The notes: generated by a model not told the origin, from the sequence alone. A stretch of 64,000 nt of DNA from Amoeboaphelidium protococcarum X5 (GCA_023515725.1 JALDTO010000206.1:516189-580188), one strand, 5' to 3'. Shown: positions 1-12,502, numbered from the stretch's first letter. Made by a program: numbers and translations.

Positions 1-2
1 TG

Positions 3-365
3 ACAAAAAGTCAATGCAAAGCGACCACCAATGTAATGGAGGATGTGGGTGTAAGTAGAGCTTTAATTTAAAGGCTGTGTCGATTGAGCGCGTTGAAGAC
101 ACCAGAGCAAGGATCTTCAAATGAGTAAGAGCTATTACAAGCCTTTACATCGATGAAATAGTTTATGGAATATTCAAAGTAGCTAGACACTGACCAAGTT
201 GCGCCGTTGATTAACATAACGCATGAATTTGAAAAGATACACGACACGTTTCGTAAAGTTGGATTAGCGGATGAGTCTCCTGGTCGGCAGGCTGATGGCC
301 ATTCGAACCTGATATAGCTGGCATCGCGTTTGCAAGATGATCGCTACCATGTTGTAAATAAATGA
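3..365 (+). CDS. 5'-partial GatC/GatF-like subunit of mitochondrial Glu-tRNA(Gln) amidotransferase
   Basis: With TAR=Gln the frame is open to TGA 363-365. VSRALIQRLCRLSALK...MKQFMEYSKQLDTDQVAPLI...LIQLASRLQDDRYHVVNK follows the GatC pattern. Confidence 0.55.
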
Positions 366-545
366 TATCTTGTGATGATATACACTTATAGGTTGTAGAA
401 TTTCTTGCATATTCTTCAACCCGATCGCTTCAAAATTTTCATATTGACTCGACAGTGTGGCGCAAGAATAGCCGTGGGAACAAAATCTTCTGTTTCTCGC
501 TGGTTAACTTTCTTTCCAAGATTTAATGAGTGAGTAATTGCGATT

Positions 546-2189
546 ATGATTAGATCTGCTGTATTTTCTAGATGTCTACCCGCTAGCCGGGTTCTGAAGC
601 TATCCAAGAGGTCTCTTGCCACTCCGGTCAGTAGCAGTGATGAGCCTAACTTTATGGAGTCAGTGTCCATCTATTTTGACAAGGTAAGTTCTGTATTCTG
701 TGCATCAGTATCTTTAAAGCAATTGTTTATTATTGTAGGCTGCATCCATATCCAAGATTGATAGTGCAACGTTGGCGCACATGAAGGCGACCGATGCTGT
801 GTTGAGTATTACTTTCCCCATCTAGAGAGAAGATGGTTCGTTTGAAGTGATCGAAGCCTATCGCTGTCATGATAGTCGTCATAGACTTCCGGTCAAGGGT
901 GGTATCAGGTTTAGTACCGACGTCGACCTGCAAGAAGTTAAGGCACTGGCTGCGTTGATGACGTACAAGAATGCTATAGTTGATGTTCCTTACGGCGGTG
1001 GAAAGGGAGGTATTAAGGTAGGATTATTGAATTATGTTTGTTTTAGCTGACTTGTTTGCTAACTTACGTTCTGTGTATTGTTATATCAGCTTTGTAGATT
1101 GATCCCAGAAAGTACACGGTTCATGAGCTGGAGCGTATTACTCGTCGCTATACTATGGAGTTGATTTAGCGCAATTTTATCGGTCCTCATGTTGATATTC
1201 CAGCGCCTGATGTGGGAACAAGTGGGCGTGAAATGTCTTGGATCTGCGATACGTACAGACAGATTAGTTACACTGATGTTAATGCCCTGGCTTGTGTGAC
1301 TGGTAAACCAATCTCTCAGGGTGGTATACGTGGTAGACTGGAAGCGACTGGTTATGGAGTTTTCTGTGCCACTCAGGAGTTTCTTTCATATCCAGAGGTT
1401 TAGAAATTGACTGGTCTTGATGATAGCTTCAAGGATAAGCGTATCATTATCCAAGGTTTTGGTAATGTTGGTTACTGGAGCGCCAAGTTCTTTTCCCAAG
1501 CCGGAGCCAAGATTATCGGTGTTATTGAGAAGGATGTTGCACTCTTGAATGAAGATGGTATTAATGTCGCGGCATTAGAGGCTCACAAGTTAAAGACTGG
1601 TGGATTTAAGAATTTCTCTGGTGCGAAGAATATTGATTCCAACTTTAACTAATTACTGGAACATGACTGTGATATCCTAGTACCAGCAGCGATGGAGATG
1701 TAGATCACAAAGAACAACATGAAGCAAATTAGAGCCAAGATAATTGCAGAGGCTGCTAATGGACCTTTAACTCCTAAAGCTCACGAGTATTTAATCAGTA
1801 AGAACGTGGTGATTGTCCCTGATTTGTTGTGCAATGCTGGAGGTGTCACCACGAGCTATTTCGAAGTTTTGAAGAACCTCTCTCACGTTCGTATGGGCAG
1901 ATTAAATCGCCGCTTTGACCAGAAGGGAAAGACATCTATGGTTGCGCTGTACGAGTAGATTGCCGGCAAGCAGCTGGATGAACAGGAGCGTAAGGCTCTG
2001 ATTAGTGGAGCGGATGAGAGTCAGCTGGTGTATAGCGGTATTGAAGACACGATGATCACTAGTTGCGAAGAGACTAGATAAACTGCCGCCAAGTAGAAGA
2101 ATATTGATTTCCGTACTGCCGCTTATCTGAATGCTATCGACAAGATTGCCACCAGCTACCTTGGAAGCGGAATAATGTTTATGCGTTGA
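546..2189 (+). CDS. GDH: Mitochondrial glutamate dehydrogenase, animal/protist (GLUD1-like) type; exons 546-683, 739-1017, 1098-2189
   Basis: Motifs [50 protein letters not shown] and [11 protein letters not shown]. Two GT-AG introns; in-frame TAR read as Gln. Confidence 0.95.
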
Positions 2190-2359
2190 GGTAATTTGTG
2201 TTGAGTTGATCACAAGACGCCGAGGATATGTGTTTTGATAAAGTATGAAAGAAGTAATAGATGCGGAGTGACAGGAGATTTTCATATTTTTATTTCGCTA
2301 GTGTCAATACACACCTTGCCTTAATTGGTGAGCATACTGTAGATACGATAAGTGCAAGC

Positions 2360-3166
2360 TCACTTGGAAGTGTTCAGCGGCGGACCAAAGAACGTTACTC
2401 CAACAGGCTTACCGATGACATCGTTCAGCTTTTGCATGTAATCTTCCAACTTGAGCCAGCCTTCAGATGCGTGGAACTCTTCGACAAAGTCAGCACGTCT
2501 GATCAATAAAGTTGCTGGGAAATAGCCAGCTTCATACCATTCCATCATCTCCAGACCAGAGAACGGACCTTAAATGTCACCTTGAGGATCTTTGTACTAC
2601 CACAAAGTCTATGGCAGAGCATTGATAGGAATATCATGCGTTGGCAAGGCATTAACCATCTCGTTCATGGTGAAAGTACCATTAGCAAAAGTACCGCCCA
2701 TAGCCCCAACGTCCCACGCATTGTTATCCACATACTTGTTGTATTGTTGACGAGAATTACCGCGTCCACCACCTCTGCCACCACGGCCTCTACCCCCGCG
2801 TCCACCACGGCCGCGATTACCTCTTACTTGTTGGAATCCACCATTACGTGCCCCGGCAGCTTCTCTTCTCTCTGCCTGATTGGCGCGCTTAGTAGCCACA
2901 TCGCTATTCCACGAGCCGCTCTCACGGATAGCCTGCTCTTCTTCAGTCAGCTCAGTGCCATGTACAACATCCTAACTCTGCTCGGCCACCACCACCTTGT
3001 AGTCTACAGCCTTCTTTGCCAACACCTGATCAGTGACATTACCATCAGCATCGGTACCACTGTCTTCAGCCAACTTAAAGTAGTCTGGGCATTCCACCTT
3101 CTTGAAAAGAGAGTACATAAAATCTAGAGAGTAAAATTTAGTTTCGCTCTATTCTGCCATTGTCAT
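2360..3166 (-). CDS. GYF-domain protein with RGG tract (short GIGYF/Smy2-like), 268 aa
   Basis: [28 protein letters not shown] GYF domain; RGRGGRGG repeats; single frame from ATG 3166 to TGA 2360. Confidence 0.85.
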
Positions 3167-3339
3167 TACGCGTTATCAAGATTATATAAATTGATGACTG
3201 TTCAGTATTGTTGCGAGAGAAGAGAAGAACGGCGCTGACAGTCGAACAGCTTTACTGACGCGCGAATGAAGAAAAACTCGAAAAGTCCACTCAGCTGAAG
3301 GAGAACCAAGATAATGTAGATAGTGTATGAAAACGGTAT

Positions 3340-4250
3340 TTTATTTAATTTCAGACGGCGCATAGACGTAAAAGTCAGGTCCACCATCGGATTCTTCTTA
3401 CCAGAGTCACGCCATAAACCTGAGCACCTTCCATCCTTTCAGCGAGGTTCTTGGCGTCAGTGAGATAGACAGCACCATACAGCTTCCCAAACACGTCAGT
3501 TTTTCCGTTACTTTCCAGATCCCTCTTCACATTAGCGTATTGCCACGGCTTTTCCTTGACATTGACGGCAATAGAACAGCCGTATCCATCAGAAAGCAGC
3601 GTGACTTCGTCTACATCAACTGCAATCTTCCGAAGTCGGGTCTTCTTCAGGTTGATAATAGACTTGACAGAACACGCAGATAGAGATTAGATGCCAGAGT
3701 AGTGCAAGACTCTCTTGTCCACTTAAACATATCGTGGGACATCAGTACTCATAGGAAAGATGCTGAAGGTAGGCACATCTAGCCCTTATGTCTCACCACG
3801 CAGGTATTTCATGTATAGCAGAAGTGACTACTACCCCATCAGACTGTCGAAGGCAGGCCCAGCGCGAGACTTCATACTGAGCTGCTGACGACTTCGAGCT
3901 CTACCTTGTTTGTGGACACCAACTTTCTTTGCCAGATTTCGAGGACTCCTTCTCTGCATAACATATTCACGGCGAGGCTCTGGAGGCTCATACGAGGAGG
4001 TGACAATATCCAAGAGGAAACTACAGTGAACTTTCGTAAACCAGAACAGATCTTCATCCCAATCCATCTGATTATAGATCTGCGATACCAGTTTTGCATC
4101 AGCCACCTCCTAATGTTCCTGATCGTCAGCATCGTACTCCGCAGAAATGGAGACTTTAACCGAGCGGTCCAACAGCAGCAACTCTGGATGATCAAACTGA
4201 AATGCCTCACTTATTATTATTATTATTAAATCATTTATTTATACAGACAC
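3340..4250 (-). pseudogene. Truncated, frameshifted Fanzor1 (eukaryotic TnpB-family nuclease) remnant
   Basis: Frame 4250-3375 is open in table 6: LLLYMKYL...PTFSIFPMSTDVPRYVQVDKRVL...LLSDGYGCSI...AQVYGV. A 1-nt frameshift at about 3409 restores RuvC-I-like GV-D-SGKKNPMV. No RuvC-II/III or zinc finger follows. Confidence 0.75.
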
Positions 4251-5828
4251 TCAATGTGTACATCTGTTTATGCCTTTGAACTTTAGTTCAAGGTTTGAAT
4301 GCAACAATTGACCTCCACAACGGTTTTGTTTGTTTTTTCATTGTTTGTTCTCACGACTTTGATCTCGCACCCATTGAATGTAAGTATCGTCCATGCATTA
4401 CTCTTTAAATACCGCCACTGCTTTATATTAGCTCCTTTAGTGGTAGGTACAGACATACTTTCTCTGCGGATGTAGCGGGCCGTCTTCTATCTCTGAATGA
4501 TAAAACAATACTAAGAGGATAATAGATCGGCTGATTAATCGCAGTACGTAACATTCGTGAAAGTAGAAAATTTAAATACTTTAGTAATCTACACACGTTC
4601 ATTAATATCACCAGAACCAGCACTATCATTTACGAATGGTCATAGTGTTCGGCTTAACTATAGTTCGATGGAGACTAAAACTTATTGTCAGTGTAAGACG
4701 AATTCCCTGATCAGATTTTAATCACTTATACAATAGAGACATTGAACTCATCGTAGCATAAAGTATGAGATATATAGCGTCTCAATCGCGGCGTCTCTTA
4801 CCGTAGATATGAGTGAATGTGTAAAGGAACTACTATTTAGGGAGGATCACCCGCTTTGCTGAATGTTGTTTCATCTCTTTTGATCTCGACATACGATATG
4901 TGTACTGTATGTGACTGCGGTTACGCTTTTTTTTACATTAAAGATTATATTGCTAGCTTTCGCGAGGATGCTCATACAAGTCTGAGTTCGGAATCCCTCC
5001 CAATTACATGATTGTATAAATTGCCCAAGAAGATACTATGATATGCGCATCATTGTGCAAACGGGCAGATATCGCAGGAGTAATATGCAGGTACACATAG
5101 ACAAAAGATTACTTAAGGATGATGAATTACAACTCGGCAAGAATAGAATAGGTTAAACATCACCTTGCGATCAAAGTACTTTAAGACATGTTGAATAGAC
5201 GCGTTCTACTAAATGATATCGATATTAAAGGCCATTTAAGGTGAAGGCTGATGTCGGGTTGAAGCCGTTAGTTCCGAGTTGACTTGTATTAAGACTTAAG
5301 ATGAAACGCAAATGCAATAATGTGGATATTATGGCCAAATAACTTAATATGAAACGCTAATAGAATAGCCAACAAGTCAGCAAGAAGACTTAGACCCATC
5401 AAGTCTGCTTTAAGGATTGATATTATAACTGGACGTAGGTACGGTGTGTGAATGACATATGACGAAATACGCGCCAGGTTGGAGTTGGATAAGCAGCCTT
5501 TGATTTATGAAAACCAATTTACCGTTCATATTCAAGAAACTACCAATCCATAACCCTCAACATTATGCGTTTTACAGTACTACAGGTCGCCTTGAAAATG
5601 AAATCATTGCGCTTCGTTTAATAAATTCTGTCTTCTTGAAAGTGTGCTCCTTTACACATAGATTCAAATTAACTCAAATAATCAACAATGATTTAAAGTA
5701 ATTGCTATCGCGCTCATCTTCAATTATATTTGAATAGCTTTTGCATTTTTCGGTGAAAGTTCAAAGGCATGCGCGTACGGCCGTCAAATTGGCACGATTT
5801 GGCTGGCCAACTACGGCATTATTCACAA

Positions 5829-6506
5829 TCATCGAGAGAAAATCTCAAAAATCTGCCCTTCTCTCAGCTTCATTATCATCAGTTTTAATGTAGGAACATG
5901 CTACCTAGACTCTTTATAACGACTCTCAGTCCAATTAAAACCTTCAAACAGGAGACAATTGCAAAAGACGTGATAAATCGTTCTATGCTTTACTCCGCAC
6001 GGACATTAGTGACTTTTGGAGTTAAACCCCAGTTCCTCATTAAACATAAGTGGACTAAATCCACTAAGAACGTAGGTAATGAGCCTTCTGTCATCTCTAA
6101 TCTTGTCATACAGATGTAGAACATCCGCAGTATTCAGGATCTCTAAGCCACATCGTTCTCGTCTTCTCGCTCTCATTTGCATAAGCTCGTATGCAACTTT
6201 CTATTTATGCTGCTTAATACTTTCAGCAACATACCTCCTGTTACTCAGCTTTATTGCTACCGCATCCGCCTCTTCTTCAGAGTATTCGAAGGTAGGCAAT
6301 AACTTTGGAATGTCATTCTCCTCCGCTTATAGATCTGATAGTTTATGTAGAATATGGCTCTATGGCAGGCATCTCCACGCGTAGTCCGCAATAAGACGTC
6401 GTTATAGGATCGCTTCTTCTACAGACTAGAGATCATAAATGCAGTACAGTGGCTCTGCAGGACAGGAAATAAATGCTTTTAGACAACTCCTCAAAGCAAT
6501 AATGCC
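5829..6506 (-). mobile_element. 3' fragment of a non-LTR retrotransposon ORF2 (post-RT region plus CCHC zinc knuckle)
   Basis: 225-codon frame: IALRSCLKAFISCPAEPLY...LPQSHILHKL...QCPCGVKHRTIYHVFCNC. No RT core (YADD) is seen upstream. Confidence 0.7.
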
Positions 6507-6945
6507 TCATTTGGAATGTCAAAATTGAGAGCATTCAGTAGCGCAATATATAGAGCCAGCTTGCGCCCAATGATACCAAAAGGCTCCAACTAGGATGCGT
6601 TTCTAATATACAAACAGCGTAGTAGTCAGATGCCATCTTGCAGCATGCATAACGTGCCTAGCACCTAATTCATACAGGTTGGGGTTGGGACCATCCAAAT
6701 ACGCGTGACTTAATTATTGCATGACAGCAGGGCCTATCGCATCACCAAGTAACTGGGTGTGCAAACTTTAACGACCATGGGGAAACTATGAATTGCAGAG
6801 GAACTCAAGCATGGACGCAAAGTATTGCTGGTGAGACAGGTCAGGTAATTAAGTGCCTTCTTCATGCCAAACATTAAGGCAGATGTAAAGGAATCTTTAA
6901 GCAGAGGACAGAGAGGTGAAGCAGATTTTGATGTAGGCGATTGAA

Positions 6946-7090
6946 GCAGACTTATCGAAAACATCAAGCTCTATCGCATTGCAGAGCTTTTCATGCGTAT
7001 AGTGAATGCATGTTTATACCGACACACTGTTGATTGTGAGCCTGGTCAGACCCGTCCAGTATTCATGACGCCATTTGTACGAAAAGCCTA
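6946..7090 (+). mobile_element. Possible degenerate Ty3/gypsy pol fragment (pre-RT region)
   Basis: LIENIKLYRIAELF...YRHTVDCEPGQTRPVFMTPF resembles the H.I...G..PV...PY pre-RT motif; the frame has TGA stops upstream. Confidence 0.3.
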
Positions 7091-7729
7091 GTGTCCCATC
7101 TATTTAGTCGTTCAGAGGCAACTTGACGTAAATTTTAGATTGTCGTTACTTTTCAAACTTACTATCGACAATCTAAATACGTCTAAGTACTTGTTAAATC
7201 GCTGTTCATCATAGAAGATTCTTGATTTAAAAATAACATGGCACTATTCGCAAGTTTCAATCTAAACCGATTATCCGATGCCATGACAACAAGCAATGGC
7301 TGCAATTTGTACACATTTCAAAGTACCGCAAGCATGATAACAATAGCATTTTTAGGCAAGTTGCTTCGGCATCGACTTGCGACACAATTTTTTGGTTCCG
7401 AGATAATCGACAACTTTGAGCGGAGGATGTTAAAAACAACTAGCGTCTGATTTTACATTGATGTGAATTAGAGTTTAAAATCTAATGCTGATCGATTACG
7501 ATTTTTGTGAAGAACGCGACCATCTTGTCAGCCTTATCATCAAGCATATCGCTAAAGGTAGATGTCAAATAACGTGCATCGACGTGACATGTTAGCTTAG
7601 AATGGATATATATGCCTGCTACATTAAAGGTCGGGATGAGAGCGGCAAGAAGTTGTGAATGAAACGTGTGAGCGCGTTCTCCTATATTCCTTAAAACTTT
7701 TTAATCGAACATACTCTAATTTCAATACA

Positions 7730-8311
7730 ATGGCTCAAGTAGACGAATTAACCACCGATGAAAGATAGGACGAGACTTTGGAGATTATCAAGAAGCAGAA
7801 GCGGATATTTACACACTCAATGCGCAAGGCATGTTGGAAGAAGGTAATTTCATATGAGCGAATTCACTCCGCATATTTAATTCATGTAACATTACAGTAG
7901 GCTCAGACAGTGATGGGAAGAGATCCTTAACGTTGGCGCTATGACGCTGCAGGAAACCTGGTGTGCCGTGCATTGACCAACTGTCCCGGGGTACTTTGTC
8001 ATGAATATGACCACATTGTGCCGTACAGTAAAGGAGGCGACACATCCGTGGAAAATTGCCAGATTCTGCAGACGCGGGTGAATCGTCTCAAACGAGACTA
8101 TGTGGATCAAGACCGCGATCTTCTCACTCAGCACAGTATTAAACACTCATTCTCCAACTACGACATGGATATTATAGAGATCGCACTCTGGGGTGATGTC
8201 AAGCGATAACTTCAAGGATTCCCTGATATCATGCTTATGTGTGCCGTTAAGTCTGAAGACGTGAATACTGTGAAATGTGAAGACTATGTCAAGCAATAAA
8301 AGTAGCTTTGA
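7730..8311 (+). CDS. Small HNH endonuclease of the plant/algal/protist type; exons 7730-7843, 7901-8311
   Basis: CWKKAQTVMGRDPQRWRYDAAGNLVCRALTNCPGVLCHEYDHIVPYSKGGDTSVENCQILQTRVNRLK...MDIIEIALWGDV; 57-nt GT-AG intron. Confidence 0.9.
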
Positions 8312-8555
8312 TAGGTCGCTGTATTGTCTTTCTCTACTACTGAGGTAGACAGCCATTGATCCGTTGTTACCCGAAATAGATCGAGACATCCCTCAGCGTT
8401 GCCATGTTACAAAGTCGTTTTCCTCTATTGGAGCATACAAGGAAGCGAGTTGTTGTTGTTTCAAGTCTTTCGTTTGATCAATCAAATCAATCTTTTCGCT
8501 GCGACAACAACAACGGAAAACAATCTATTTAGATCTATCAAGCCGATATATTGCA

Positions 8556-9755
8556 ATGGTCTGCGCAACAACACCGTCACCTCAGTCAGAGACTAGAGTA
8601 ATTCGTCTGTCACACTAGACAACCTCCTCGAGTGGTCCTGTCCGTATAGCGAGAAGAATTGAAACAATTCATAATCCTCCTGCGAGTGGATTATCATCGG
8701 CTGTTGTTGGCGAGAGTAGAAATGCCGATAATAATACAACTACTGGTGGTTCCTCTTCTAGTCGAATAATGTCAAGAATTAATAATGGCGATATCAGTTG
8801 GCTCACTGGCAGATCTTTTGGCATTCGAAACTAAAATCGATAGGCATCGCTTGACGATTATGGGATTAGATCTAATGGCAGAAGTTAATCAAATGACTTC
8901 ATGAGACTCAGCGAGCGTTAAAAGAGGAGATTAAATGGACACGTGGTTCATACTCTGCTGCATCCGTAAGGCTCTTGTAAATCTTAATAAAGCTCGTTGG
9001 TACTTGATATGCAATTTAGTGCTTAGTAACATCCGCAAACTACCAGCAGATAAAATCCTCTGGTATCGCTTAATGAGGGAGAAGGCGAGGATCATTTCGA
9101 TGTCGAGCAAGAAGGCGATTATTATGATGATGTTTAGCTTGGTGATGATAATGATGACGATGATGAGGACGATGAGAGTGATCTAGTTGATGGAGTCAAT
9201 GATGGAATGGAAGACACTGTTGATATACCATTATTGCGTACACAGCAAAGTTCCGCCGCAAGATCTGGTGTCATTGATAACCGTTCGCGCTCTTCTGGCA
9301 CATCTATCCCTGTAAATATCATTAGAGATAACTCTGCTTAGAATGGTGGTCAGCAATAGTTATCTAATGAGTCTTACATTACAAGATTTCGCCGCATCAG
9401 AGATTTGCTGGATCAATCTCATGCTAATTAGTTCTCTGATAGAAATGGTGTTAATTTGAATCAAGATTCTGCGGTGGTGAATTCTTAAAGATCTGGTTAG
9501 TACGATATTCTAAACATGATGGAATAGGATGGCCTGAATCCTGATGGTTAGACGCGCGATGGTCAAGATCGAATGACTAGATTGTTGAGACGTATTTCAA
9601 GCATCAGGAATGCACGCTAGTAATAGCAGTCATCATCCTCTATAAGACAAACACCTGTCAATCAGCAGGAAGAGACAATGCTGACGCGTTCATACACTGT
9701 AAGAGGCGACTCTCAATCTACCGGGACATCCACCTCCGATAGACCTCAATGTTGA
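8556..9755 (+). CDS. Hypothetical disordered S/Q/N-rich protein with central acidic tract, 399 aa
   Basis: 1.2-kb TGA-free frame from ATG to TGA with many TAR codons; no recognisable domain. Confidence 0.65.
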
Positions 9756-9997
9756 TCACGATACTCGATGTATTTATATAAAAACTAGATCGTTTTCGTA
9801 ATTTAAATTGCTCATACTATTTTTTATAATTTCGTCCTATTGTTGACATACAGTAAAGCTATTATATACCGCCTATACTGCCTATTCCTTGCACTAGAAT
9901 CGCTAAGAGTTTTCCTGCGAGCGTCGCTGATCTCTTTTTCGCTTCGTTAGAACGGCGCTCTTTCCGCATAAATTCACTTGTTCATTCCACCACGGTA

Positions 9998-12502
9998 ATG
10001 CATAGAGAAGAGGAGTTGCAAATGGAAAGTGGCACTGTGGACACTAATGGTGATCATCATGAGTAAGGGATATTATTATCATTATTATCTCTATAAACGG
10101 CCCAATAAATATTTACTGATGAATTTATGCGGTGCTTTAATTTCTCACCAGATGAACGGAGTGCTATCTCGCAACGAATTCTCGTATCAGAAGAGTCGTG
10201 GAAAAATTTCGTATTGGCTGCAAAGTCAAAGTTACAATCTACTGCTCGGTAGCAACTCCAATAGTCATCATCATCATCAACATCATCACCTACAATGAGA
10301 AGGTCGAGTGGTAAATAGAGAAGCAAGACTCGTGTGGAAATTAATAATAATAATTATCAATAGATGGATGATCTGCAACTCAAGATTTTGAATGTGCTGT
10401 TTGAACTCGATACATATCAGTCTCTCCGTCTGGACAGCATATATTACACTTTTGAGGATTATTATGAGCTCTTTGGATCATAACAAGTTAATAATGATAA
10501 TTGTCAATTCAGATAGAATGGCGGTGCTACTTGCAAACGGAGTAGCAGTGATTAGAATGGACATTTTGATGATTAGAGTGTAGTATCGTAGAGTAATGGT
10601 GACAATCCGTATAATTTAGAAGTTGATTAAAAGAAGCGGCATTTAATTTAAAGGATACAGAATAGACACAGTTCTCTTAATATGGATAAAGTACAGTAAA
10701 TATTTGATAGTCTTAAGCCTAAAGAGAAAGAGTAGAAGCAGTAGACGTTTACTGAAGTTGCGCTTAAAGTTTTGGATGAACTCAAAGCATATAGAGAGCA
10801 CTCGTTCCCCTTCCTCACTAAAGTCAATAAGAGGGAGGCGCCTGATTATTATGACATTATCAAGTAGCCCATGGATCTAGGCACCATCACCAAGAAGGTT
10901 AAGTAGATGGTTTATATTAGTAAGGCTGAATTTATGGCGGATCTAGAGCTCATATGGTCCAACTGTTTGTACTACAATAGTGACCCTCGATCTATATACC
11001 GCGTTCATGCCACTAAAATGAAAGAGAAATGCGATATGTTATTGGTCAAGGTGCCAGAAATTAATTTAAAGCCTTTACTGTAACAGCAATAGTCTTTGTA
11101 GTATTAGTAATAGCAGTTTTAGTAGTCAATGTCATCAATGAATGGTGGAAAGATGGATGAATCTGCCTCAGTTACCAGTGCAAATAGAGGTACAGGTAGT
11201 GTGGCGGCCGAGAGTGACGATGAGGATGACGAAGATAATAATAATGGAGGTGGTGGTGGCGGTGGCGGTTCTGTCTCTGCGGGTAATGGCCAAGTTGCTA
11301 TAGCTAGTTCTCTAAGCAGGTATGCTCGATCAAGTGATTCCACCTCTTTGTAGCAGTATAATGTTATTGGTCTGGATTCTCATGATTAATTGAATTGCTC
11401 TGTGCCTTTAAAGTTGCTTTTCGCGTAAAAGTCTTTAATAACTCGTTCATAACGGGTGGATGAATAATATGGTAATTAATAATAATAATAATAAAGGTCT
11501 GCCAGTGGAATGATGGAATTTGCTCTCTAGGAGAAGCTCTATAAATGCCGTGATTTAATGTGTCCAAGCTCTGGATCTGCATACTGCCCTGAACTTTAAC
11601 ATTTTGCCAACTCTATGCCAGAGATTCCATTGTCTTAACATCATTAGGATTCTGCTTTCTCAGCAGCAGCAGCAGATGATACTATGCGATCATGGATGCT
11701 TTCTGAACGCACGGCGCGTCAGTATAGTTCTATTCTATCGTTGCGCAATGAATGTGGAGATTTGCAAGAGTAAATTATATCTAGAGTGAGTGAAGATACT
11801 CCTACTCCTACTACTATTACTACTACTCCTTGTCATTAGAACAGGCGGTATAATATTGTTCAGCAGCATTTCGATCTCTCTAAAAGCATTGCTCTGGTCA
11901 GTCTTTTGTGTGGATTCACTGGCATTCAATCCTCGTGTCAATAGGCACTTAAAGACTTGTATTGTCAATTTGTACGGTCCATTGCTAGAGTATTTAAAGA
12001 GTATAGCGATTCATATGGTAAATAGTTTGGTGCTTATGATTAATTAGCTCTCACAATCCGGTCATAAACAGGACAGACTGCTCGAGAACTTTTAGAATTT
12101 GTCTCTTTACCGGAATCGCTAATTAATCGGTATCAATATTCTAGGGAGGCTTTGCAGCATAAATTATAGAGTCTCACTCCTTCTTCTGCTTTGTAAGAAC
12201 ATGGTCGCGTAGATATAGTTGATGACTTGCGAAGGCGGTTGTATATTGGTGAGGATCAAGCAGAGGGATATAATTCTGTTGGCGCACCATCATCATAATA
12301 ATCCTATCCAGTGTCTTCACTAAATGTTCTCTCAACCACTGATTAGATCATTGGTCTTGCCCGGCCGTATTTTTAATAAAAACTTGCGTCCGCTGCCATG
12401 TCCACCTCAGGCACTCTTATAGACGATGAGACATTTGAGAAAAAGCGGAAGAAGAAGAGGTCCCCAGCACGTCCTAAATCGCGTCTCAAATAATAGTAGT
12501 GA
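9998..12502 (+). CDS. SPT7: SAGA subunit Spt7 (bromodomain plus histone fold), 834 aa
   Basis: [34 protein letters not shown]...[12 protein letters not shown]; histone-fold [20 protein letters not shown]; (TAA)6 poly-Gln run near 11478. Confidence 0.85.

Noticed and set aside
3200-3340. Fanzor omega-RNA downstream of the remnant
   Set aside because: The ORF is cut just after RuvC-I and this stretch looks like the promoter of the GYF gene; no supportable structure.
4980-5760. Additional genes in short frames
   Set aside because: Frames are broken by TGA on both strands with no recognisable motif; left unannotated.
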